IMG/VR virus record: IMGVR_UViG_3300032770_000008
Length of the DNA: 57,516 bases
Reading direction: 5' to 3' (one strand)
Source: an uncultured virus (IMG/VR IMGVR_UViG_3300032770_000008)
Lineage: Duplodnaviria > Heunggongvirae > Uroviricota > Caudoviricetes
Position numbers and translations under genes: made by a program. Positions 35,398 through 44,379 of this stretch are shown here, piece after piece. How positions within the stretch are numbered: position 1 is the stretch's first letter; each line of letters begins with the position of its first letter. The notes under the pieces were generated by a model. The model ran no database searches. It was not told the DNA's origin and worked only from the letters and a program-made list of their open reading frames with translations.

Positions 35398-36884
35398 CGC
35401 GGTTTCCCTCCTTCGTCGAAGATCGTGTCACCGTACGCGACGATCTTTCCATGAAGCGCCGTCCACGCCGTCGCGAGACTCTTGGCGTCGCCCAAGCGGC
35501 GAAAGCGCTCGACGTCACGGCACGCCGCGAGCAGCTCGTCCGCTTCGAATGAGATCGCTGGCAGAGACGGCGGAGCAACAAGTGCTTCGGGAACCGCCGC
35601 GCGCGGAGCCTGTCGCATGACGCTCGTCGCGCGTGGCGCGCCGATCCGCACGTTGCCCGCGTCGACGGCGACGCGCCCGGGTAAGGCTCCCTGCGGACCA
35701 CGCCACGTGCCCGGATGCTTGCCCACGTCGATCTGCTCCTTCTTCGCAGCGGCGGCCTCTTCGGGAGTCGGCAGCACCACATCGATCTGCGCGAGGACAT
35801 GCTCGAGATCGGTCGTGCCGATCCACGAGGTCTCGTCCTCGATCCCATACGAAACGACGATCCGTCCCGATGCAGGATCGATCGCGAGACCCGCGGCGAA
35901 TTCGATCCCAACGCGCGGGTTCAGCTTGAAGGATTCCGATCGCGCGACGGCGACACCCTGACCATCCACCAAGATCCACGCGTGCCAGTAAAATTTGGCC
36001 GTTTCCGTCCGGCAGCCGTGCGCGAGACCGAGCCAGAGACCGCCGCGATCGGCGAACGCGCTCGCGGCGAAGCCGAGCGGCAGGCGCGGCGCGATCGCGT
36101 CGATCCGCACGAGTTGCGTCCCGCCGCGCAACTTGTATTCGATGAAGCCCAGACCTTCCTGGCGCGGGCCGCGCGCGTAGAGCTTGACGTCCATCGCGCC
36201 CGATTGCGCAGTGACCGAGGACGGAAATGTCGTGCGTGAGAGCGCGACCGGCGCCTCCACGCCGACAAGCACGTCGGCGTGCTTATCGACGAGGCGGCCG
36301 GCACGTCCGTGAATCCCGCCCGCGCCGACCGAGAAGAGCAGGCGAAGGTCGTCTGCCTCGGCATACGGCATCCAATTCTTCTGGTGCGTCTGCGACCACG
36401 ATCCGCGCAGCGGATCCGCGCGAACGATCTGATAGTTCTCGTCGAATGCGAGCGCGATCATCTCGATCTGCCCTCGCCTGTTGAGCTGCATCGCGTTGCC
36501 GACCGCGCAGAGCCCGTCGGCAGCTGTGCAAACCAGGCGGATGTCTTCGAAGCCGATCACCGACGCGCGCTCGGGACGGATGCCCGTCTTGTCGGTGATC
36601 TCGATGACGCGCGTCGGAATGATCTCCTGCCGCGACAGGATCTGCGCCTCGTCGAGCTCGACCATCACGTTGCGGTTGATGATGTAGGCGGATCGATTCG
36701 AGACCTGTGGCCGCGATCCGGGCATGTGGTAGTTCGCACATCGAATCGCCGCGAGCCATCGCCCATCCGGCGTGCGAACGATGCTGGGATTGAAGGGCCA
36801 ATGCTTATTGGGCCACGGATCGATCGCGATCCGCGCGTGCTGCCACGCGCCAACGTCAGCGGCAGGCGCCCGCGCCGCGCTCAC
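35394..36884 (-). CDS. Beta-propeller protein of the type associated with glycosyltransferases
   Basis: FNPSI, GFEDIRL, QKNWMP, LRGGTQL, IEFAAGL...VVSYG. Confidence 0.72.
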   Translation of the reverse strand: MSAARAPAADVGAWQHARIAIDPWPNKHWPFNPSIVRTPDGRWLAAIRCANYHMPGSRPQVSNRSAYIINRNVMVELDEAQILSRQEIIPTRVIEITDKTGIRPERASVIGFEDIRLVCTAADGLCAVGNAMQLNRRGQIEMIALAFDENYQIVRADPLRGSWSQTHQKNWMPYAEADDLRLLFSVGAGGIHGRAGRLVDKHADVLVGVEAPVALSRTTFPSSVTAQSGAMDVKLYARGPRQEGLGFIEYKLRGGTQLVRIDAIAPRLPLGFAASAFADRGGLWLGLAHGCRTETAKFYWHAWILVDGQGVAVARSESFKLNPRVGIEFAAGLAIDPASGRIVVSYGIEDETSWIGTTDLEHVLAQIDVVLPTPEEAAAAKKEQIDVGKHPGTWRGPQGALPGRVAVDAGNVRIGAPRATSVMRQAPRAAVPEALVAPPSLPAISFEADELLAACRDVERFRRLGDAKSLATAWTALHGKIVAYGDTIFDEGGKPR

Positions 36885-37108
36885 GTGTGCCTCTCGATCA
36901 CGGGGCGGAGGGCATCGGCACCGAGTAAGACGTAGATCGCGAAGAGCCGCACATCTTCGCGAATCGATCCATCCTCCTGTGTCGCCAGGAGCTCACGCAA
37001 CCGGCCTTCGATCGCGACGTAGGGAACGAGATGGGCGAGCTCCTCGGCGCGCGCGATGAGCTGTTCGCGCACACCAGGATCGAGCTCGAAGATCCGTTCT
37101 ACGCTCAC
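36881..37108 (-). CDS. Hypothetical protein (75 aa)
   Basis: GTGA coupling at both ends. Confidence 0.55.
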   Translation of the reverse strand: MSVERIFELDPGVREQLIARAEELAHLVPYVAIEGRLRELLATQEDGSIREDVRLFAIYVLLGADALRPVIERHT

Positions 37109-37554
37109 CGCAACTCCCACCACGCTCTCACGCCATCCGACACGAACACGCGACCACCGTACGCGGACAAAACGCCGAAGGAATGCTCGCCGCCGTTGAA
37201 GGCATGCAGCGTATCGGATCCCGACGGTACGTACATGAGCGTACTGCCCGCCTGCGCATTCAGGAAAATCGACACCAGGAGCGTACCGTTCGGAACCGAA
37301 GTAGCGAGCGGAAGATCGAACGACTGTGCCCCGCCACTCGAGAGATCCGTGACGTTCGTCTTGGCGGCCGCGAGCGCCGTTGTCCCGCCCATCGACGGCG
37401 ACGGCGTCAGAACGAGCGGCAGAAGATCGCTGCCGCCGCCAATCGCACGAAGCGCGCGATCGAGCGAACCATCTCCCGCGATCGTTGATCCGTCCGTCGT
37501 GACAAGCGTTGCGGCCGCGATTGGCGAGCTCGACGAGACCTGAACATCGGACAT
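37105..37554 (-). CDS. Putative virion protein, GDG-motif family
   Basis: TDGSTIAGDGSLDRALRAI; C-terminal LP.A.SVPNG...SDG..W fibre-tip-like domain. Confidence 0.72.
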   Translation of the reverse strand: MSDVQVSSSSPIAAATLVTTDGSTIAGDGSLDRALRAIGGGSDLLPLVLTPSPSMGGTTALAAAKTNVTDLSSGGAQSFDLPLATSVPNGTLLVSIFLNAQAGSTLMYVPSGSDTLHAFNGGEHSFGVLSAYGGRVFVSDGVRAWWELR

Positions 37555-38049
37555 CTAGAACGACTCCCACCAGGTGGAAACGCCATCCGACGTATACGTG
37601 TCTGATCCATACGCGCCACTGCCGCCAGAAAAATTGATCGTCGTGAGCACGCCGCGCACCGTATCGCCGCCCGTGCCGATGATCTGAAGCGAACTACCAT
37701 CCTGGCCGTTCTCATACACGAACTTGGCCTGCGTGCCGTTCGGTACCGAGCTCGCCGCCGGCAGCTGTACTTTCTGCGCGCCCCCGTTCGTGAGATCGAA
37801 AGGGCTCGTCTCGTTCGCGGCAAGCTGTCCCGTCGCGGCATGACCGAGCGTTATCACTGCCTGCACCGGAAATAGACCGCCACCACCCCCTACCGCGCGT
37901 AGCGGATTCTCTAGGGAACCGTCCCCCTCGATCGTCTCGCCGTCTGTGTTGACGAGGATCGGCGCCGGAACAATCTCGCCGCCACGAACGGCGATTTCCG
38001 TCCCCGCGTCGGTGCGAGGGGCGACCTGTGTCGCGACGATGTCGGTCAT
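37555..38049 (-). CDS. Putative virion protein, GDG-motif family (tandem paralog)
   Basis: TDGETIEGDGSLENPLRAV; LPAASSVPNG...SDGVSTWW. Confidence 0.72.
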   Translation of the reverse strand: MTDIVATQVAPRTDAGTEIAVRGGEIVPAPILVNTDGETIEGDGSLENPLRAVGGGGGLFPVQAVITLGHAATGQLAANETSPFDLTNGGAQKVQLPAASSVPNGTQAKFVYENGQDGSSLQIIGTGGDTVRGVLTTINFSGGSGAYGSDTYTSDGVSTWWESF

Positions 38050-38213
38050 CGCTTTCTCGGGCGGCGCGGAATACGGTGCCCGGCGGCGCGGGCCTTCGAG
38101 AGGTTGATCGCAGTCTCCTGCGCCTTGGCATCGGCCTTCGTGTCGTGCGTGCCAAGAACGCGCTTGCCGTCGCTCGACTTGAGTAGCCACTTACCCCGAA
38201 TCTTGACGATCAT
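38046..38213 (-). CDS. Small basic phage protein (55 aa, below the ORF-track cutoff)
   Basis: MIVKIRGKWLLKSSDGKRVLGTHDTKADAKAQETAINLSK...; ATGA coupling at both ends. Confidence 0.7.
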   Translation of the reverse strand: MIVKIRGKWLLKSSDGKRVLGTHDTKADAKAQETAINLSKARAAGHRIPRRPRKR

Positions 38214-38719
38214 GTGCCGATCCTACGCCCCGAGCGACGGATCGCGCCAATCCAGCGCGCGCGCGAGATCATCTGCATCGCAAATCGACAGGCTCTATGA
38301 TCCGAGCCGGCTCGACACGCCGAGACCATCCGGCCGCCACCGGCGTACGCCGTGAGGGCGCAGCGATCATCGCCGCGGCACAGGTCTCGCCATCGCCGGA
38401 GATGCTGCGCGCCTCGCAGGTAGCCGCCGACGAGATCGTGATCGATCCCGTCACACACGCGCTTGGGTTCGGGCGTCAGCACGCCACAGCTGACGCGATG
38501 TCCTGGCTCGCGCGTCTCGACGCTCGCGTCGTAACGACTTTCGTGCCACGCGATGCCGAGTAAGATTTCAGGCTCGACGCCGTAGAGGAGCCCAGCGAGC
38601 CTCGCCGCGCCGTAGTGCGCGCGCGCCGACGCGACATCGAGGTACGCCGGCGCCGTCTCGCGCAACCGCTCGGCGTCGGCGGGTGACGCGAAGAAAAGAG
38701 TGACGATCGCGATGATCAT
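38210..38719 (-). CDS. SLT-type lytic transglycosylase with signal peptide
   Basis: LLGIAWHESRY (catalytic Glu), GAQHLR, ALTAYAGG. Confidence 0.8.
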   Translation of the reverse strand: MIIAIVTLFFASPADAERLRETAPAYLDVASARAHYGAARLAGLLYGVEPEILLGIAWHESRYDASVETREPGHRVSCGVLTPEPKRVCDGIDHDLVGGYLRGAQHLRRWRDLCRGDDRCALTAYAGGGRMVSACRAGSDHRACRFAMQMISRARWIGAIRRSGRRIGT

Positions 38720-38910
38720 GCGTCCTCCAGCACGATCTTCGAGATCGGCCACGTCACACCCGTGGGCACGACGTTTGGACAAACATGATCCACGCGCCGC
38801 CCACAACCGCACGCGACGATCGCGCCGCAAGACCCGCAGTACGTCCGCGGATTGCAGCGCGAGCAGCCTCCGGTCGTCTCGACGCGCGCCCCGCAACAGT
38901 CGCAGGTCAC
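38716..38910 (-). CDS. Small Cys-rich zinc-binding protein
   Basis: CDCCG...CSRC...CGSCG...CGC...HVC. Confidence 0.5.
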   Translation of the reverse strand: MTCDCCGARVETTGGCSRCNPRTYCGSCGAIVACGCGRRVDHVCPNVVPTGVTWPISKIVLEDA

Positions 38911-38911
38911 G

Positions 38912-39817
38912 CTACGCCACCATCGTCGGGGCGACGTGGAATCCACACCACTCCGCGTTCTCGAGCCCGCGATAGAGCGGCGTCTGCTCTTTGAGCGCGG
39001 CGTTGTAATTCGCGGTCGGCTCGATCGCGGCGAGCGCGGACCGAAACTCCTGCCAGTTGATCGGCGCGCGCCCGAGATGCTTGGCCACCGCGCCGAGCCA
39101 GTGATTCATGATCGGCGGCCACGCGTGGTAGCTCTTCACGGCGGCCCAGTAATCCGGGCTCGTCGTCGACCACGCCGCCTTCGCGGCCGCAAGCCACGGT
39201 GCGATCTGTTTTTCCTTGTACGCGATCAGCGCGATACCGAGCTCGACGTTACGAGCGATCTGCGCCTCGGTGAGCGCTGCGATCTGATGCTGCGGATTGC
39301 GCTGCGATCCATCTGCCCATCCGCCGTCATCGGCCTTGTGCTGCCGGGGACCGGGCGACGGAATCGCGCACATCCCGACGACGAGCTCGGACGCGCTCGC
39401 GCCGAGCGCGCGGAAGTCGTCGGGATTGTAGATCTGGAAGAGTCCCACCTCGCGCGGAAAGCCGTCCGGTCCCGTCGCGGTGGCCTCGCCGACCGCGCAC
39501 ACGTTGCCACCGCTCTCGATCGAGAGCCACGCGATCGCGAACGACGGCGGTTTACCTGCGTTCGCCGCCGCGGCCGCGACCGGCGCGCGCCAGACCGCGA
39601 TCGAATTCGTGTTCTCGTCGATTTGGATCTTGGAATTGCCGTACGTCTGCATGATCGACCTCCTACCGCGCGGAGATACACCGGGAGCCTGACGCGCTCC
39701 AGGAAGACGACGAGCGCCCAGGGCACGACGCGGCGACAACGCGCGATGTACGACGAGTGCGACGCCGGCGGCGCCGAGCACACCGAGAAGGATCCGCGCC
39801 GACCCGCCGCGCGCCAC
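38912..39817 (-). CDS. Lysozyme-fold/lytic transglycosylase-like protein with possible N-terminal signal anchor
   Basis: AWLSIESGGN...EVGLFQI...NVELGI...SYHA; second start with GGAGGT RBS at 39652. Confidence 0.72.
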   Translation of the reverse strand: MARGGSARILLGVLGAAGVALVVHRALSPRRALGARRLPGARQAPGVSPRGRRSIMQTYGNSKIQIDENTNSIAVWRAPVAAAAANAGKPPSFAIAWLSIESGGNVCAVGEATATGPDGFPREVGLFQIYNPDDFRALGASASELVVGMCAIPSPGPRQHKADDGGWADGSQRNPQHQIAALTEAQIARNVELGIALIAYKEKQIAPWLAAAKAAWSTTSPDYWAAVKSYHAWPPIMNHWLGAVAKHLGRAPINWQEFRSALAAIEPTANYNAALKEQTPLYRGLENAEWCGFHVAPTMVA

Positions 39818-39821
39818 GCGC

Positions 39822-40655
39822 CTACTCCGTCGGCGCAGCCGGCGCGACAGCTTCATCGGCGGCCGGCGGCGCGGGCTTCTTGATACCCATCGCCTTCTCG
39901 GTCGCCTCGCGCAGATCGTCGGGCATGTCTGCCGGCAACGAGGGCGGCGGCAGCGGAGAACGCGCCTGAGGCGATGTCGCGCGCGGCGCGATCCGCGAGG
40001 GACGCTCGACCGCGCCGCGCGCCGAAGCGACTGCGATCGGGCGCGGTCCCTCGCTCTGCGCCTGCACGATCGGCGTCTTGCCGTGCATCGTCACGACCAC
40101 CGGCGGTGGCGCCGACGCGCGCTGCATCGGGACAGATCCGAGCGGGCGCCCCGGGCGCGCGACGTTCGGCGCCGGCGGCGCGATCACGAGCTCGAGCTCG
40201 GCGATCGCCGCCGTCACGAGCTCGGCCTCCCTCACGGCCTCCGGGTCGTCCACCTTCGCGACGAGGTCGTCGAGATACTTGGATGCGATCATCTTGAACA
40301 GCGCGAGCGCGCCGGCCGAAAGTTGCGGCGCGCGCGGCGCGGGCAGCGTGCGCACCACTTGCTGCGGCCGCTGCATCGGACCACCGCTCGTCACGACCGG
40401 GTTCTTACCTTGCATCGTGACATTCACCATCGGCAGCACGCTGTCGACTTCGGTGCCACGCGCCATCGGCGAGGACATCTCGGGCTGGTCCATTTCGATC
40501 TGCTGCGCGTTGGTCACGATGGGCTGCTTGCCCTGCATGGTGACCTGCACCGTCGGATGCGGACCACTCTTTTCGGTGAACGCCGAGGCGCTCTTCTCGC
40601 GAGACGACGTCGGTACCGCGATAGCGCTCGCCGGCAAGATGGAAACTTCCGCCAT
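39822..40655 (-). CDS. Pro-rich protein with three VTMxGKxPxV repeats
   Basis: VQVTMQGKQPIV, VNVTMQGKNPVV, VVVTMHGKTPIV. Confidence 0.75.
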   Translation of the reverse strand: MAEVSILPASAIAVPTSSREKSASAFTEKSGPHPTVQVTMQGKQPIVTNAQQIEMDQPEMSSPMARGTEVDSVLPMVNVTMQGKNPVVTSGGPMQRPQQVVRTLPAPRAPQLSAGALALFKMIASKYLDDLVAKVDDPEAVREAELVTAAIAELELVIAPPAPNVARPGRPLGSVPMQRASAPPPVVVTMHGKTPIVQAQSEGPRPIAVASARGAVERPSRIAPRATSPQARSPLPPPSLPADMPDDLREATEKAMGIKKPAPPAADEAVAPAAPTE

Positions 40656-40670
40656 TTGATGATCCTTTCG

Positions 40671-41591
40671 TTAGAGCGCGAGCTCGAAGATCGCGGCGAA
40701 CGACATCGGCGATCCAGACTGATTGTAGACGGCGAAGTACATCGCCCCATTCGGAACATCGAACGGCGTTGGCTGATTGCCGTTGATGAACAAATCTCCC
40801 ACGCCCTTCGCGCCTGCCGCGTCCTGAAAGAAGCGGAGATAGCCCGCAGTGACGATCGGGGGGATTCCTGACGTCGAACCGACGACGTATGCTTTCTGGG
40901 CGAACTTCGGCACGGTGAAGATCGCACTCTCGTTCGCGTTCGCGATCTGGCCGACGTACACCGTGCGGCGCGGAATCGCGAACACGGGCATGCCCGGGCC
41001 GACGAAGGCGGCGAGATAGTACGCCGCGCTCGTTCCCGTGATGCCGCCGTTGTCTTCCGACTGCGTGACGAGCGCGCGGACGCGCAAGTACGAGGCGACG
41101 ACCGAGATCGTCATGCCGTTGACGAAATCAGCCACCGCCGCCGCGCGTGCTCCCTTGACGCCCCACTCGATCAACACCTCGAGCGGGGGCCACGCCACCG
41201 GGCTCCCCGTGCCCGGGAAGTTGTTGTCGCCGACCTCGACGTTGGTCATCTCGCCAGAGAGGTTCTGCGAGTCGAGCGGCAGATCGGCGAACGCGATCGG
41301 AATCACTCGCGGCGGCGCGAGCGTCACGATCATCTGGCACGCGTCGAGGTCGTCGCCCTCGACGACGATCATATCGACACCCGCCTCCTGTACATCTTCG
41401 GCGCTCGCGTCGTAGACGAGGATCGAGCTCTTACCGAGCGCGCAACCGCGCGCGAGCCGGCCGAACGGTGATCCGCCCTCGCGATCTTCGCCGGGGTTCG
41501 GCGGCAGCGTCCGACCGGGAACTCGCGGCCGGCCGTCCATCGGACCGGGCCGGATCTCCGGCACGTAGTTCGGGAAGAAGCGATCTCTCAC
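40671..41591 (-). CDS. Beta-rich putative minor capsid/vertex protein
   Basis: Alternating beta-strand pattern over about 250 aa ending FAAIFELAL; GTGA-coupled start. Function is inferred. Confidence 0.55.
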   Translation of the reverse strand: MRDRFFPNYVPEIRPGPMDGRPRVPGRTLPPNPGEDREGGSPFGRLARGCALGKSSILVYDASAEDVQEAGVDMIVVEGDDLDACQMIVTLAPPRVIPIAFADLPLDSQNLSGEMTNVEVGDNNFPGTGSPVAWPPLEVLIEWGVKGARAAAVADFVNGMTISVVASYLRVRALVTQSEDNGGITGTSAAYYLAAFVGPGMPVFAIPRRTVYVGQIANANESAIFTVPKFAQKAYVVGSTSGIPPIVTAGYLRFFQDAAGAKGVGDLFINGNQPTPFDVPNGAMYFAVYNQSGSPMSFAAIFELAL

Positions 41592-42835
41592 GGGCCGATC
41601 CCCGGCATCGGCGGACGGCGACGCGCACGCGATCGGCCGCTGCCTCCGCCGCCTCCCTTGCTTCCGTGCATCGTGAAGTAGAGGATCGCGCCGCCAGCGA
41701 CGATCGCCGCGCCGATCGGGAGCAATGACTTCCAATCGCGTCCCCGCGCGGCATGCACCGGAGCGGGGGACGGCGGAGGCGTCCACGCCGGCGCCGCCGG
41801 CGCCGCGGACGGCGCTTGATCGGGCACCGCGTCCGGCGAAACACCGGCATCGCGCGCTGGCGGTGGCGGAACCTGTTCGGGCGGGATCATTGGCGGCTCG
41901 GGCAGCGCCGCGGCATCGACGACGGTCGGCTCACCGCCGAAGCCGTCGGAGATCGCATCCGGCCAGATCGGGGCATCCCGGTTGTACGCCGCGTAGTACG
42001 CGCCCGCCGCGCCCGCCGCGAGGTTCTGATGATACCACTCCATGAGCGCCTCGTACGAGGGGAAGGCGTAGTCCTCCACCTCACCACTCGGCAATTGCAC
42101 GACGCCGAAGAAGCGTGCCTCGTGCTCGCGCTCCGCGCGCTCGAGCGCGCGCTGCCGCGCCTGCGCGCGGACTGCCGCCAGACGCTCCGGTGGGATCGTC
42201 GGATGCACCGGGCGCGCGCGGCCGTGCGCGTCACCCGCGCGCTGCGCGGCACGACCCGTCTGGAGGACGCTCACCCATTCCGATCCGCGCGTCGGAGACT
42301 TGACGGCCGCGGTACCACGCTCGGGACGTGCGAGATCGTCGTGCGCCGGGCGCGCCGTCTCGCTCGCGTGGACCGGATGAGAGCGATCGAACGCCGGCGG
42401 CTGCGGCGGCGGCAAGCCGGCCGCAGCGTGCACGTCGGTAGCTGCCGCGTGCATGACTTGGGGCGATGCGGTCGGTGGCTGCTTGTGCAGCCCCGCCGTG
42501 ATCGCGGAATCGAAGATGTCCCCGGCAGCCGCCGCGGCACGCTCGTGGTGTTGCTTCGTCGCAGCGTCCGGCGCAGTAGCCGCGGCGTCGAGATGCGCGC
42601 CCATCGCCGCGCCGGCGAGCGCTGCGTCCGATAGATCCTTGGCGACGTCGGGATGGTTGTACGTCAGATGAAGTCGGCCCGCGGCATCTTCGGCCTTGAC
42701 CTTGGCGTAGGTATCCATCCACGTCTTCATCATCGCGCGATCGTGGGGATCGTTCGGATCGAGCTTCGTGCCGGGTTTGTAGCCGGTCGAGGCCCAGAAC
42801 CGCGCATCGGTCTCTTTCGTGAGGACGTCGGACAT
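41588..42835 (-). CDS. Membrane-anchored putative virion protein with repeated FDK/W-type domain
   Basis: DARFWASTGYKPG; FFGVV...EWY...YYAAYNR..PIWP; C-terminal TM plus basic tail. Confidence 0.72.
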   Translation of the reverse strand: MSDVLTKETDARFWASTGYKPGTKLDPNDPHDRAMMKTWMDTYAKVKAEDAAGRLHLTYNHPDVAKDLSDAALAGAAMGAHLDAAATAPDAATKQHHERAAAAAGDIFDSAITAGLHKQPPTASPQVMHAAATDVHAAAGLPPPQPPAFDRSHPVHASETARPAHDDLARPERGTAAVKSPTRGSEWVSVLQTGRAAQRAGDAHGRARPVHPTIPPERLAAVRAQARQRALERAEREHEARFFGVVQLPSGEVEDYAFPSYEALMEWYHQNLAAGAAGAYYAAYNRDAPIWPDAISDGFGGEPTVVDAAALPEPPMIPPEQVPPPPARDAGVSPDAVPDQAPSAAPAAPAWTPPPSPAPVHAARGRDWKSLLPIGAAIVAGGAILYFTMHGSKGGGGGSGRSRARRRPPMPGIGP

Positions 42836-42846
42836 CGTCATCTCCC

Positions 42847-43440
42847 TCAGTGCGTGATCGGCGGACCACCGATCAGGCGAAGATCCGTCGGATTCAGAAA
42901 CGTACCGACGAGCGTACTCGTCTGTCCGCCCGTTGGAGCCGTCACCGTCAGCTTCCCGTTGTGCGCCTGACTCACGTACATGACGTCTCCCGCGCTCGGC
43001 GTGGCACCATCGTCGCGCACGGCGCGCCATTGCGCGGTCGTGAGTGTCACGATGCCGTCTTCTTGCACGGTGATCGGCGTGAACGGAGTGGGGCCGCCGC
43101 CGTTGAGCGCGATACCGATCACGACACTCGCCGCGTTGCACGCCTGCACGGGTCGACTCGTCGACGGCATGCCGCCGATACCCGCCGTCTGGAGCACGTT
43201 TCCCGGGATCAGCACCTCCGTACCGATCTGGTTCACCGGAATCTGACCGATGAACGTGCGACCCTCCACCCCCGGCGTCGCTCCGATCGCGTGCAGCGGA
43301 TTTTCCGCCGTGCCGTCGCCGCCGATCGTCGTACCGTCCGCCGACACGATGCCGCCGGGCGGCTCGCGCGTCCCTCCAGGCAGTAGCGCCGTCTCCGACG
43401 TACCCACCGGACCCTGATTCAACAACGACATGTCGGCCAT
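42847..43440 (-). CDS. Putative virion protein, GDG-motif family with cement-protein-like C-terminus
   Basis: ADGTTIGGDGTAENPLHAI; VIGIA...GDVMYVS...GKLT.TAP...VG. Confidence 0.72.
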   Translation of the reverse strand: MADMSLLNQGPVGTSETALLPGGTREPPGGIVSADGTTIGGDGTAENPLHAIGATPGVEGRTFIGQIPVNQIGTEVLIPGNVLQTAGIGGMPSTSRPVQACNAASVVIGIALNGGGPTPFTPITVQEDGIVTLTTAQWRAVRDDGATPSAGDVMYVSQAHNGKLTVTAPTGGQTSTLVGTFLNPTDLRLIGGPPITH

Positions 43441-43442
43441 GG

Positions 43443-44339
43443 CTAGCTCACTCCGTTCGGGGCGCCATTCGGCGCGTGGTTCTGCTGCTGCTGTCCTTGT
43501 GCCGGCTCGTCGGGTGGAGGACCCGCCGCGGCCCGCATGATCGAGTAGAAGAGCTCGACCTGATCTTTATTGAGCAGCGACATCATCGCCTGTCCCTGCT
43601 CCATCGTGAGGCTATCGCCGAATTTCACGATGAGCTGCGCGAGCTGATTGCCGTCCGCCGGCTTACCGCCACCGCGTCGCGCCGCGATCTCGTGCATGAC
43701 GAGATCGAGAACTTGAAAAAACTTCTGGCTGCCCTGCTCCTTGAGCGTCTCCTTGCGCGCGAGATTGCGCAGGTGGAACTCGCGCTCGAGCCGGCTCGAG
43801 CGCGCCTCCTCGACCTCGTGGATGAGCTTGAAATTCTGCTCGCGGAGTTGCGTGTTCTCATCGGCGAGCATCTTGTTCTGCTGCGCGAGCGTGCGGTACG
43901 AGCCCTCGAAGATCTGCGCGTTGATGCGCATCGCCTGCTCGAAGCCACGGATCACGACAGCGTGCCCGTCGACGCGATCGCCACCACCGACGACGTCGAG
44001 CGCCTGCATCGCGACGTACGCGGGCTCGAGTGCGAAGTGATGTGACATCCGCGAGCCGGAATGCTGGAGCGTACGCAGAACGTAGCGGTAGCGCCCCTTG
44101 CTCTGCGCGTTGACGTGATCGGTCGCGATCTGGAGGATCTCGGTGGCCCACTGCTCTTGCTGCACGAACTCGTCGAAGCGCTCGGGATGATCTTTACGCT
44201 GCCACGATCCGATCTCCTCTTCGGCATAGCCCTGGGGCGGCGCGAAGAAGAGTCGAATGCTCACGCACTGCGCGTTCTCCTTGCGACCGCACTCGGTCAC
44301 GAGGAACCCGAGAATCTTGGTCTGAATTTCTTCGGTCAC
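43443..44339 (-). CDS. Coiled-coil hypothetical protein (298 aa)
   Basis: Heptad region LAQQNKMLADENTQLREQNFKL; GAGAAT 7 nt upstream of the GTG. Confidence 0.7.
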   Translation of the reverse strand: MTEEIQTKILGFLVTECGRKENAQCVSIRLFFAPPQGYAEEEIGSWQRKDHPERFDEFVQQEQWATEILQIATDHVNAQSKGRYRYVLRTLQHSGSRMSHHFALEPAYVAMQALDVVGGGDRVDGHAVVIRGFEQAMRINAQIFEGSYRTLAQQNKMLADENTQLREQNFKLIHEVEEARSSRLEREFHLRNLARKETLKEQGSQKFFQVLDLVMHEIAARRGGGKPADGNQLAQLIVKFGDSLTMEQGQAMMSLLNKDQVELFYSIMRAAAGPPPDEPAQGQQQQNHAPNGAPNGVS

Positions 44340-44379
44340 TGGGGCGATTCTCTCACGCGGGATGGGGATCGCGCCAAGA

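Noticed and set aside
29030..36884. Host O-antigen/capsule locus
   Set aside because: No flippase, polymerase, chain-length regulator or initiating transferase; the genes are interleaved with virus-like structural genes.
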